DNA of 64,000 nucleotides from a virus (Duplodnaviria > Caudoviricetes): positions 1-64,000 of the IMG/VR virus record IMGVR_UViG_3300042862_000163. The stretch is one strand, 5' to 3'. Below are positions 17,362 to 27,163 of this stretch, in pieces (the first letter of the stretch is position 1; each line of letters starts with the position of its first letter). Both the position numbers and the translations under genes were made by a program. The notes under the pieces were generated by a model. It ran no database searches, was not told the origin of the DNA, and was given only the letters and a program-made list of their open reading frames with translations.

Positions 17362-18630
17362 ATGGCTGATAATTTAGATATAGATAACTTTGGTATCTTA
17401 GATACTATGGAAATGGGAATGGGTAACCAAGAACTATTAAATGATTTGTTTTCTCCTGAGACATCAACTTCTAATCCAGAAGATGTTACTCCTATCATTA
17501 ATGAGACTGATCCTCCAGCTGCACCTGCTAAACCAGATGTTCAAAAAGGTAAGGATATTGTTCCTCCTAAAAGTGTTGATGGTAAAACAGATGAAGAAAA
17601 ACTAGATGGACAATCAATGATCTCTGACTTCTTAAGTGATAGCGAAGATGATGAAGATGATGAACCTGCTCCAGTATCAAAACCTGCAAAACCTGCTAGT
17701 GTTGATAATGATAATACAGATGACACAGATGATGAACCACAAGGTACACAATTCTCTGCTCTTGCTAATGATCTATATAAATTAGGTGTATTCACAAATG
17801 ATGATGAAGAACAAGAACCTGTAACAACTGCAGAAGAATTCTTGGAAAGATTTAATAGTGAAAAGAAAAAAGGTGCCTCAGAAATCGTTCAAAATTTCAT
17901 TGGACAATTTGGTGAGGATTACCAAGAAGCATTTGATGCCATATTTGTAAAAGGAGTTGATCCAAAAGATTACTTCACTACATATAATAATGTTGTTGGA
18001 TTTGCAGAGATGGATCTTACTGATGAAGGTAATCAGGAAAGAATAATGAAACAAGCTTTAACAAACCAGGGGTTTGATGCAGAAGATGTAGTAACAGAAA
18101 TCGAAAGACTTAAAAACTACGGTGATCTAGAAAGTGTTGCAGCAAAACATCACAAGGTGTTAGTTAAAAACGAAGCATCTAAATTACAAGACTTAGAAAA
18201 AAAATCTGAAGCTGAGTTACAACAAAAAGCTCAAATCAGAAATCAGTACATAAGTAATGTACAATCAATATTACAAGATAAAGTTAAAGCAAAAGAGTTT
18301 GATGGTATTCCTATCAATCCAAAATTAGCAGGCGAACTACAAGACTTCTTATTAGTTGATAAGTGGAAAACTCCTTCAGGAGAAACTCTTACAGACTTTG
18401 ATCGTGCTATTTTGGATATGAAAAGACCAGAGAATCACGCAATGAAAGTGAAGGTAGGACTTCTTTTAAAGATGTTAGAAAAAGATCCTACATTATCAAC
18501 CATACAAAGAACAGGCGTTACGAAAAAATCTAACGAACTGTTTGGAGAAGTTGCAAGACAAGTTAGTAAAGCTAAAACAGGTGGAGCATCAACTACTGGT
18601 GGTGCCAATTCAAAATCATGGTTTTTATAA
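17362..18630 (+). CDS. Putative capsid scaffolding/assembly protein
   Basis: Acidic disordered N-half and helical C-half, between portal and major capsid genes. Confidence 0.7.
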   Translation: MADNLDIDNFGILDTMEMGMGNQELLNDLFSPETSTSNPEDVTPIINETDPPAAPAKPDVQKGKDIVPPKSVDGKTDEEKLDGQSMISDFLSDSEDDEDDEPAPVSKPAKPASVDNDNTDDTDDEPQGTQFSALANDLYKLGVFTNDDEEQEPVTTAEEFLERFNSEKKKGASEIVQNFIGQFGEDYQEAFDAIFVKGVDPKDYFTTYNNVVGFAEMDLTDEGNQERIMKQALTNQGFDAEDVVTEIERLKNYGDLESVAAKHHKVLVKNEASKLQDLEKKSEAELQQKAQIRNQYISNVQSILQDKVKAKEFDGIPINPKLAGELQDFLLVDKWKTPSGETLTDFDRAILDMKRPENHAMKVKVGLLLKMLEKDPTLSTIQRTGVTKKSNELFGEVARQVSKAKTGGASTTGGANSKSWFL

Positions 18631-18664
18631 CAAACAATATTAATAATTAATAAATTCAAATAAA

Positions 18665-20230
18665 ATGGCAGTTCAAACAATCCCTGGGTTAACAGGATTT
18701 ACTTATGCTCGTGTAGCGTCTATGGACAAACGTGCAGTAGGTAAACTTACAGACTCAAATCACTTAGAGAGTTTTCACTCTACTGAGCCTGCAGACTATG
18801 ATAAAAAAATCATCAGTCTATATACCCAGAGCTCATTGTACAGTAACGACTTCTTAGACATGATCAACAAAAGCACACCTTATTATATTGATAATAATAG
18901 TGATGCATGGAAATGGCAAGTAGCAGTTCCTTACAAATTCCCAAAAATTATTGACATTCCTAACTTTACAACAGACATCATTAGTGGTACTGGTAAAGTT
19001 GGTATTGATGGTCAAGAATTCCAATTAGTATTAGATACTAATGAGTTTTCTAAAAATGCTATCGTATCTGTAGGTACTCGTCAGTATGGTCCACGTTTCT
19101 ACGTGATCAAAGATCCATTACCTTGGAACATGGGGTATTTGTATTCATTTACTCTTGTAACTGATAATCCAACTATTGATTTCGTTAATCCTTTGTTTTT
19201 ACAATATGGTATTGAACTAGAATTAGTTGATGCTGCTATTGGAGAATTTGATCAAGACTTATTAGGTCTTCCAAGATTAGGTGAGCAAATCACAATGTTT
19301 GAATCTTTAGGTTCTGCATATGGATATGAGCACAAAATCACAGAATGGGCTGATGATAAAATGATGAGAGATGCTTCAGGTAAACCTCTTGACATTTTAG
19401 TATATGCTCCACAAAGACGTAACCAATTACCACTTACACGTAATGATGTTAAATGGGAACCGTTTATTGAATTCTGGATGCGTAAATCTATGTTAGAATT
19501 GAAAGTTAAACGTATGATCTGGGCTAAACCAGGTACAGTTAAATCTGGTGGTTCTAAACAAGAAGTTAAACGTACATCTGCAGGTGTTTACCACAGAATG
19601 CGTAACAATGGTAACTTAGTACAATACAACAGAGGTGAATTCTCTGCTAACTTAATCCGTTCTGTATTTGGAGATTTATTCTACAGAAGAGTGGATGTAA
19701 AAGATAGACGTGTTAAGATGTACACTAACGAAGCTGGATTCGATGTATTCCAACAAGCTTTGAAAACAGATGCATTAAATTCAGGTCTTACTTTCATGGC
19801 TGATTCTGGAAACAGATACATGCAAGGTGAAGGACAACATATCACTTACAACTTTGCATTTGATGCAATGGTAACTCGTGAGACTGGTCGTGTTGAACTT
19901 ATTCACTTGAAAGAATTAGATTTACCACAAACTAACCTAGAGTTTGGACAAAACAAAAAATCTACTCCTGTATTTATGGTGTTTGATGTTTCTCCAATGG
20001 GTGATGGTTCTATGGTGAATAACATTAGAGAAGTACGTATGAAAGGTGCTCCTTCTATGACTTGGGGTTATATTGATGGAACTCGTCATCACTTAGGTTT
20101 TGCTAAATCTCAAGGTATGTCAAGTGCTAACAAATTCCCAGGATACGAAATCTGGATGAAAGACAGATGTGATGTATTTATTGAAGATTTGTCAAGAACT
20201 GTGTTGATTGAGGAAATCCCACAATTCTAA
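18665..20230 (+). CDS. Major capsid protein (crAss-like)
   Basis: 521 aa, strongly biased codons (CGT, TTC, AAC), synteny. Confidence 0.88.
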   Translation: MAVQTIPGLTGFTYARVASMDKRAVGKLTDSNHLESFHSTEPADYDKKIISLYTQSSLYSNDFLDMINKSTPYYIDNNSDAWKWQVAVPYKFPKIIDIPNFTTDIISGTGKVGIDGQEFQLVLDTNEFSKNAIVSVGTRQYGPRFYVIKDPLPWNMGYLYSFTLVTDNPTIDFVNPLFLQYGIELELVDAAIGEFDQDLLGLPRLGEQITMFESLGSAYGYEHKITEWADDKMMRDASGKPLDILVYAPQRRNQLPLTRNDVKWEPFIEFWMRKSMLELKVKRMIWAKPGTVKSGGSKQEVKRTSAGVYHRMRNNGNLVQYNRGEFSANLIRSVFGDLFYRRVDVKDRRVKMYTNEAGFDVFQQALKTDALNSGLTFMADSGNRYMQGEGQHITYNFAFDAMVTRETGRVELIHLKELDLPQTNLEFGQNKKSTPVFMVFDVSPMGDGSMVNNIREVRMKGAPSMTWGYIDGTRHHLGFAKSQGMSSANKFPGYEIWMKDRCDVFIEDLSRTVLIEEIPQF

Positions 20231-20354
20231 GAATAAGAATTCCGAGAAAGATCCCCTCACCTCCTCTCCCTCCTAGAGGGGATTGATCTCAAAATAGAGT
20301 GTTTGAAATAGATAGTATCTAGGTTCAGGTTTCTTCGGTGAAACCACTCTACAA

Positions 20355-20425
20355 GGCGGTTTAGTGTAATTGGTAGCATATCGGGCTCATAACCCAATGG
20401 CCAGGTTCGAGTCCTGAATCCGCAA
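20355..20425 (+). tRNA. tRNA-Met(CAT), initiator-like
   Basis: Anticodon loop CTCATAA, three G:C pairs in the anticodon stem, unpaired 1:72 (G.A), T loop TTCGAGT; a few stem mismatches, CCA not encoded. Confidence 0.78.
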
Positions 20426-20459
20426 CTAATAAAACCAAACAAATTAATTAAACTACATT

Positions 20460-21425
20460 ATGGCTAAAACAGGTAAAATCTCTACGATAAAACGTGAGTT
20501 CACTAGTACACAACAAACAATGGATAGTGGACTGGCACAAAAAGGAATGACAAGAATTCCTGGAACAGGAGTATTCAAATATCCTTATAAAGAATTAGAT
20601 GGTAAATACAGAACAGGATTAGATCCTACTGCTGCATATATCAGAAGAATTTCAGATCCACTAGAAAGAGAACTAGAAATCGAAAGAGTAACTAACTTAA
20701 AAGCAAAACTTGAATATGACTTAGGTGATATTGATTTAGGACCTCGTTCACAATTCTGGAACTATGGACTATCAACTTCAACAGATGATCAAAATCATGT
20801 ACAATCAGTTAAACTATTAGATGGTGATAACTTTTTTGATCTATCAGTTCCTTTTCAAGAGATAGCTTTCTCATGGTTAAGAGTACATCCTACCGTTGCA
20901 TCAAGTCATCAAGCTTGGGAAAGAGGAGAATATCCTGCTGACACACAGTTTTATGTTGTAGATGATGAAATTGAAAATGCTGTAATATTTAAGAAAAAAC
21001 AATTGATCAATAAAGCAATTGTTATGTTTGATTCTATGACTCCTGATAAGAAGAAAAAAGTTGCAAGACTTTTAGGTCTTCCAGTAACAGAAGAAACAAA
21101 AGAAGAAGTTGTTTACAATCAAGTGGATAACATGTTAAAACAAACAGAATTTAAGAATGGTAAATATTCAGGCTTAAATCCAGTTGAAGTGTTTAATAGA
21201 TTTGCAAATATGAAAGAAGATTTACTTCATATTAAAGATCTTGTTAAACAAGCTACAGCACATTCAGTGTATAGAATCAAACCAAACGGTAAGGTTTATG
21301 AAGGTGAATATGAAGTGGCAAAAGATGAAGATGATTTAATTAGATTCTTAGCTGATGATGATAACCAAGATGAGTTATTGATATTAGAACAAAAATTAAA
21401 AACTAAAAAACTAGCTGCTATATAA
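20460..21425 (+). CDS. Conserved crAss-like protein downstream of the major capsid gene
   Basis: 321-aa ORF; synteny. Confidence 0.7.
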   Translation: MAKTGKISTIKREFTSTQQTMDSGLAQKGMTRIPGTGVFKYPYKELDGKYRTGLDPTAAYIRRISDPLERELEIERVTNLKAKLEYDLGDIDLGPRSQFWNYGLSTSTDDQNHVQSVKLLDGDNFFDLSVPFQEIAFSWLRVHPTVASSHQAWERGEYPADTQFYVVDDEIENAVIFKKKQLINKAIVMFDSMTPDKKKKVARLLGLPVTEETKEEVVYNQVDNMLKQTEFKNGKYSGLNPVEVFNRFANMKEDLLHIKDLVKQATAHSVYRIKPNGKVYEGEYEVAKDEDDLIRFLADDDNQDELLILEQKLKTKKLAAI

Positions 21426-21586
21426 TGGATGAAAATATATTAAAAAATCATTTTGAAGAGCAAGGATTAGTTTCTTTAGAAGATATAGATAAATTAGTAA
21501 AACCTTTAACTAAAATTAAAAATGTATCATTTGATGAAGATGGTAAATTTATAGATGATACATTAATAGATTTTTTAAAAGAATAA
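21425..21586 (+). CDS. Small acidic protein (53 aa)
   Basis: MDENILKNHFEEQGLVSLEDIDKLVKPLTKIKNVSFDEDGKFIDDTLIDFLKE; TAATG coupling; fills the gap exactly. Confidence 0.6.
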   Translation: MDENILKNHFEEQGLVSLEDIDKLVKPLTKIKNVSFDEDGKFIDDTLIDFLKE

Positions 21587-21590
21587 TAAT

Positions 21591-22322
21591 ATGATACCAG
21601 TAGATAGTTTATTGTATAAGATTGATCAGAAACTAAATAAACTATCAACTAATGCACATCAACAAATTCAATTAGAAGATAAAATCCTAGCTTTAAATGA
21701 AGCTCAGATTAAATTAATAAAACAAAAAGTTGATGGTATAAGTGTTGCTAATGGAATGGGTATGGACTCATTTAAAAAGCGTTATGAAGATCTTCAAAGT
21801 TTAGTGATGAATTATAATCACCAACCTTTAACATTAATATTAAAAGATCCTGATTTAAATCAATGGACTGCTAACATTCATTTACTTGAACCTAAGTATA
21901 TGTTTTATGTTGACAGTTATGCATTAGCTGATAAAGGAAGATGTAAGGATAGAAAAATATGGATTAATAGAGATCTTGCTAAACATGGTGATCTTCAATT
22001 CATATTAAATAATGATCATTACAAACCTTCATTTGAATACCAAGAGACATTTAACTTCTTAGCATCAGATGAAATAAGTATATTCACAGATGGTACATTT
22101 ACCCCTAAGAATCTACAGATAATGTATATGAGATATCCAGTATATATTAATAAGACAGGATATATAATGTTAGATGGTGAACCATCATATGATGCAGATT
22201 GCGAATTAGAAACATATCTAGAAGATGAGCTTTTAGATCTTACAGTTCAAAATCTAGCAATGTATACAGAAAATCAATCTGCTGTTCAAAATGCAGCATA
22301 CAGAATACAAACAAACGAATAA
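21591..22322 (+). CDS. Head-tail ring/adaptor protein
   Basis: LNEAQ...KRYEDLQSLV...YMRYP...CEL pattern recalled from crAss ring proteins; synteny. Confidence 0.7.
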   Translation: MIPVDSLLYKIDQKLNKLSTNAHQQIQLEDKILALNEAQIKLIKQKVDGISVANGMGMDSFKKRYEDLQSLVMNYNHQPLTLILKDPDLNQWTANIHLLEPKYMFYVDSYALADKGRCKDRKIWINRDLAKHGDLQFILNNDHYKPSFEYQETFNFLASDEISIFTDGTFTPKNLQIMYMRYPVYINKTGYIMLDGEPSYDADCELETYLEDELLDLTVQNLAMYTENQSAVQNAAYRIQTNE

Positions 22323-22346
22323 ACTATTAATTTAAATAAATAAAAA

Positions 22347-23501
22347 ATGGCTGATTTTTCATTAACCACATTATTTGTGGTTCCAGTAGGACAGACTGCT
22401 CTTCCTAGCTCTGGCTCAACGCAAGACCTTGACCCAGGTATTGTGGGAATTTTTAAAAGTAACTATACTCTAGCTACTGCTGCGAATATTCAAACTGCTA
22501 ATAACTACTTTTATGTAGCTCAAGGTAGAGAGAATACTTATCTTCAAGCATCTAAAAGATCTGATAGAATTGCTTCTAATGGATCTAATGTATCTGAATG
22601 GTATAAAGTAATTGGTTGCCCAACAGCAGCTAATCAAATTACTGATGTAACTAATTTTTCTGTACAATGTGGAGACACACTTACATTAACATTGCGTGCA
22701 CATTCTTCTTATATTGATACATTGTATTTCAATGGATTTACACGTTCAGTAACTATCCAAGCACCTTGTTGTGATTGTGGTGGTGATGTTTGTGTAGATG
22801 TTGATGCAAATGCATTAATTAATCAATTGATTACAAAATTACGTGCACAAGCTCCTGGTATCAATCCTGATAACATTAGCTTCAATACATTCTATACATT
22901 TGAAAATGTAGGTGGTACTATTTTACGTATTACTGGAAAACCTTTAACAAAATATGGTCAACCATGTGATGTTGCTGCTTTCCCTTTTGAATATGACAGA
23001 ATGTCTTTCAGAACTTTTGTATATTCTGGTCCAGCTACAACTGCTGACTTTATTGTTGCTGATGCTTGTAACATTGTTGCAACTACAGTTATTACTCAAC
23101 GTGCTTCTTATCCAACAGGACAATCAGGAGAAATTGCTCAACTAGAGAAAAACTTCTATAGCTACCAAGCTGGTTACTTGAAACATTTATACAGAATGAA
23201 TGGGTATAATGAGAACTTTGAAACTTATGTTTCAGGTGGAATTACTTATGATACTTACTATATCAAATTCAACGAACTTGATAAGTCTGCTTACCAATGG
23301 GGTGATTACATCATGGAAGATTCAACAGTAATTATTGCTGCTCCAAACTCTGTAACAAGTGGTATTGCTGCTGCAATTGAAACTGTATTAGAAGCTGCTT
23401 TAGGAACTTTAGTTAATGGTAATACTTGTGTAATCACAACTACTACTACTAGTACTGCTGCTCCTTCAACTACAACTACTACCTCTACACAAATACCGTA
23501 A
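22347..23501 (+). CDS. Virion structural protein (auxiliary capsid-like) with poly-Thr tail
   Basis: Beta-rich, highly expressed codon bias, followed by a terminator. Confidence 0.6.
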   Translation: MADFSLTTLFVVPVGQTALPSSGSTQDLDPGIVGIFKSNYTLATAANIQTANNYFYVAQGRENTYLQASKRSDRIASNGSNVSEWYKVIGCPTAANQITDVTNFSVQCGDTLTLTLRAHSSYIDTLYFNGFTRSVTIQAPCCDCGGDVCVDVDANALINQLITKLRAQAPGINPDNISFNTFYTFENVGGTILRITGKPLTKYGQPCDVAAFPFEYDRMSFRTFVYSGPATTADFIVADACNIVATTVITQRASYPTGQSGEIAQLEKNFYSYQAGYLKHLYRMNGYNENFETYVSGGITYDTYYIKFNELDKSAYQWGDYIMEDSTVIIAAPNSVTSGIAAAIETVLEAALGTLVNGNTCVITTTTTSTAAPSTTTTTSTQIP

Positions 23502-23530
23502 GAATAGTAGAATTATAAATTCCTAATATT

Positions 23531-23564
23531 AAAAGGAGAGAAGTAAAACTCTCTCCTTTTTTTT
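23531..23564 (+). terminator. Intrinsic terminator (possibly bidirectional)
   Basis: AAAAGGAGAGA..TCTCTCCTTTT followed by more T residues. Confidence 0.8.
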
Positions 23565-23586
23565 ATTAATCTTTTAAACAAAAATA

Positions 23587-24150
23587 ATGGCAGATTTAAA
23601 ATTAGATATATTAGTATTTCCAACATATAATGTTTTAACTTTAGGGGTGGCTGATGCGTCTACTTATCCTGATGATCCACCTATTGTTGTTGATCCTACG
23701 ATTGAAATAACTGTTCCAACTTTTGGTGTAGTTATTCTTCCTTTCATTGTTAATAATCTTAATTTATTTAATTCAGCAAGTTTAGGAATTACAGAAGTTG
23801 GGGTTGATCAACCATTACCTGATGGAATATATAGATTAAGATATTCTATTTCTCCTGCATATTTAAACTTTGTAGAGAGAACAATAATGCGTACAGATAA
23901 AATACAAGAAAAGTTTGATAGAGCTTTTCTTCAATTAGATCTTATGGAATGTGATAGAGCAATTAAAACACAATCCACTGTAACATTAAATACTATTAAC
24001 TTTTTTATTCAAGGATCTATAGCTGCAGCTAATAATTGTGCAGATTATGAATCAAATAAATTATACATTCAAGCAGATAATATGTTAGACACTTTTATCA
24101 AAAATAACTGTGGATGTACAGGAAATAATTATCAATTAAACTTTTATTAA
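23587..24150 (+). CDS. Virion protein (fibre-attachment/hub candidate)
   Basis: LPDGIY motif, Cys-rich C-terminus; position before the fibre genes. Confidence 0.55.
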   Translation: MADLKLDILVFPTYNVLTLGVADASTYPDDPPIVVDPTIEITVPTFGVVILPFIVNNLNLFNSASLGITEVGVDQPLPDGIYRLRYSISPAYLNFVERTIMRTDKIQEKFDRAFLQLDLMECDRAIKTQSTVTLNTINFFIQGSIAAANNCADYESNKLYIQADNMLDTFIKNNCGCTGNNYQLNFY

Positions 24151-24152
24151 TT

Positions 24153-24248
24153 ATGGCACAATGTTCAAATTGTCAAGCAAATGTGGGGTGTGGATGTCAA
24201 TTGAAAAATGGATTATGTGCTACATGTGCAGGTAAAATAAATAAATAA
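24153..24248 (+). CDS. Cys-rich microprotein (31 aa, 6 Cys)
   Basis: MAQCSNCQANVGCGCQLKNGLCATCAGKINK; fills the intergenic gap exactly. Confidence 0.65.
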   Translation: MAQCSNCQANVGCGCQLKNGLCATCAGKINK

Positions 24249-24249
24249 T

Positions 24250-26253
24250 ATGTTATCACCTAGACTAACCAATTGCCCTGAATGTGCAAACATTCCTAAC
24301 TTAATTGAAGAGATAGATTGTAAATTAGCGTATTATGCTAATGGTCTATTTAACAATATTACATTTATGTTGAATCAATCTGTTCCTGCTGGAATAATGA
24401 TTCAACTAATTGCGTATAGAAGAATATTAACATACAAGAATGCTAATCCTGATTATATATGTGAGGTATCTATAAATAGAATTGCAAGTAAAGTTAAGTT
24501 ATTAACATTAGGTTGCAACACTATATGTGTGCTTACACCTACTCCTACATCATCTACAACAAGTACTAGTTCAACTAGTACAACAACCACAACAACAACA
24601 ACTCTTTGTGGAACTCTTATAAGTGAGGAAGGCGGTCAAGGGGCTTATCTTGTTAACTTAGATGTAGGAAATTCTATAGGGGCTATAATTGTAAAGTTCA
24701 ATCCTGGTGGGTTGCCTGATGGTATTAAAGCAACATACAATGGATTGGTATATAATAAACTTACCTCTCCTGTAGATGGTCTTCATCAAAGTAGCAACGC
24801 AAGTAATTTTACTTTTATTGGTAACACGATAGACGACTGTGGAATATCAGGAACGACATATCCTGCGTTGCAAGAGTTTTTGTATAGCGGAACTGCATTT
24901 GTAGCAACAGGAAATACTCAGTCTGTTACTGTAGCCGCAGGAGATGTCTCTTTAAGTGCAACAGACCCTGGAACCTGTATAATGGTGATACCAAAAACAA
25001 CAGCCTCTCCTTCAATTATAAATTTTGAAATAATAGGTCCTTGTTCAGAAACAGGGTTTGGAACAAATATCTCTTGTCCTGTATTATTGACAGGGTTTAG
25101 TTCAAGTAGTGTATTTGCAAGTTCTACATTAGCTTGTGCGGCAGGAGAAACTCAAACTTATTACAACGCCTCTTTGAACGATACTCCAGGAATTGTAGAT
25201 GTTTTTGATTTTGTATATTCAGATAATCTTGGGGTTAGTCCTTTAGCAAATGGATTTTATAACGCAACAGGAAGTATAGCAGGAGGAGCTCAATGGTTTC
25301 AAGTAGTGTCAGGAATAGTAGTGGCAATTAATGAATGTAACAGTACTAGCACATCTACAACAACTGCTGTACCAACTACCACAACCACTACTACAGTTCA
25401 AATGGTTTGGACTTATACTTTCCGATATATTACATGTGATACATGTGCTAATTTCGGTAGTGGATCATTTGGTAATTCTCAAGAATTAACAGTTGGAAAC
25501 TATTATATCACTCCAAGTGGACCTTATAAACTTTTAATTCTTGGATTTGTGTCAGTTAATCCTGGTAGTCCAGCACACTATATTTTAAATTCTAGTGGTT
25601 CAACTACTTGTGAAGGGATTAGTTGTCCTACCACAACCACTACTACTACTGTTGCACCAACAACAACCACAACTACCACTGCTGTAGCATCTGGCACAGT
25701 AACTATTTGTAATCAAACGTGGACAAGTACAAATTTAGATACAACAACTTATAGAAATGGAGATACAATTCCCCAAGTAACAGATCCAACACAATGGGCA
25801 GCCTTAACCACAGGGGCTTGGTGTTATTACAACAACGATTCAGGCAATGGAACGACTTATGGAAAATTATACAATTGGTATGCAGTAAATGACCCAAGAG
25901 GTTTAGCGCCTTTAGGTTACCATATACCATCATATACTGAATGGATTACTTTATTTAATTGCTTAGGTAATTCACTTATTGCTGGAGGTAAGATGAAGGA
26001 AACAGGAACTTTGCATTGGAACACCCCTAACACAGCTGCCACAAATAGCAGTGGATTTACAGCACTTCCTGGAGGGTTTAAATACAACACTAGTGGATTC
26101 AACAATATTGGCAACAATGGTTTCTGGTGGAGTTCGTCAGAAAACACTCAAATAGACGCCTCGAGCACTAGCATAAGTCACATTAGTGGTAATACTTTTG
26201 GGAATCCCATCAGTAAGGCCTTCGGTTTATCAGTTCGTTGCATAAAAGACTAA
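24250..26253 (+). CDS. Modular fibre/receptor-binding protein with C-terminal FISUMP domain
   Basis: Domains separated by poly-Thr linkers; QTW..TNL...YGKLYNWYAV...GFTALPGG...WWSS...SVRCIKD matches the Fibrobacter succinogenes major paralogous domain. Confidence 0.8.
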   Translation: MLSPRLTNCPECANIPNLIEEIDCKLAYYANGLFNNITFMLNQSVPAGIMIQLIAYRRILTYKNANPDYICEVSINRIASKVKLLTLGCNTICVLTPTPTSSTTSTSSTSTTTTTTTTLCGTLISEEGGQGAYLVNLDVGNSIGAIIVKFNPGGLPDGIKATYNGLVYNKLTSPVDGLHQSSNASNFTFIGNTIDDCGISGTTYPALQEFLYSGTAFVATGNTQSVTVAAGDVSLSATDPGTCIMVIPKTTASPSIINFEIIGPCSETGFGTNISCPVLLTGFSSSSVFASSTLACAAGETQTYYNASLNDTPGIVDVFDFVYSDNLGVSPLANGFYNATGSIAGGAQWFQVVSGIVVAINECNSTSTSTTTAVPTTTTTTTVQMVWTYTFRYITCDTCANFGSGSFGNSQELTVGNYYITPSGPYKLLILGFVSVNPGSPAHYILNSSGSTTCEGISCPTTTTTTTVAPTTTTTTTAVASGTVTICNQTWTSTNLDTTTYRNGDTIPQVTDPTQWAALTTGAWCYYNNDSGNGTTYGKLYNWYAVNDPRGLAPLGYHIPSYTEWITLFNCLGNSLIAGGKMKETGTLHWNTPNTAATNSSGFTALPGGFKYNTSGFNNIGNNGFWWSSSENTQIDASSTSISHISGNTFGNPISKAFGLSVRCIKD

Positions 26254-26377
26254 ACAACAACTGCAGGATGTAATATTACTAGCCCGATAACATTATCTCA
26301 AGGAAATACTGCAGAGGAAGCTTGTACCAATATCATGTATATAAATAATAAACTTAATAATATAAAATAATAATAAT

Positions 26378-27115
26378 ATGTCTTGTCAAAATTGTTACAA
26401 TGGATGCGTTGAAACTGTAAGTGATCAATGTGTTAAATATACAGGAATAGATATTCCTACTTTAGGAATTCAAACAGGTGATTCTTTATCACATATAGAA
26501 CAAGCTATAACTACATATCTTGTATCTGCATTAAATGGAACAGGTATAAAGATAAATCTTACTGGTATAACTATATGTACTCTTGTGAGTTCATTTCTTC
26601 CTATTTCTGGAGATATAACTATTGTAGATATATCAAAAGCTCTTATACAAGCTGCTTGCGATCTGCAAGAACAAGTTGATGCAATAGTTGCAGATATAGT
26701 AGTAATTGATGGTAAGATAGATGTAATCGAGGCTGATTATACTGTAAAATGTCTTATAGATGCAACACCTTCTATAACACCTTCTTCAGGAACACATGAT
26801 ATGCTTCAAGCTACAATAGATACATTATGTGCATTAGCTTTATATCTTGATACAAATTATGTAAGATATGATGAACTTGATAGTTTAATCAATACATATT
26901 TATCTGTTACATCTGGAATAACTACAAACTATTATAATAGAATGGTTCCTAAAGTTGTAGAAAAACTTTATGATACATTAGCAGGTAAATTTGATATTGA
27001 TGGTGTAGGTTATGGTGTATGGCAAAAAATATATGTTTGTAACGGAGTGGCTGGAACACCAGTTATTCCAAATCCAGTAGGTTCAGGTTATTATTATATT
27101 CAATACAGACCTTAA
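26378..27115 (+). CDS. Tail fibre/collar-like protein
   Basis: Cys-rich N-terminus, coiled coil, C-terminal W..IYVCNG..GTP collar-like motif. Confidence 0.55.
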   Translation: MSCQNCYNGCVETVSDQCVKYTGIDIPTLGIQTGDSLSHIEQAITTYLVSALNGTGIKINLTGITICTLVSSFLPISGDITIVDISKALIQAACDLQEQVDAIVADIVVIDGKIDVIEADYTVKCLIDATPSITPSSGTHDMLQATIDTLCALALYLDTNYVRYDELDSLINTYLSVTSGITTNYYNRMVPKVVEKLYDTLAGKFDIDGVGYGVWQKIYVCNGVAGTPVIPNPVGSGYYYIQYRP

Positions 27116-27163
27116 TACAAACTTATTTGAAACTTATATAATAATTAATTAAAACAAATAAAA

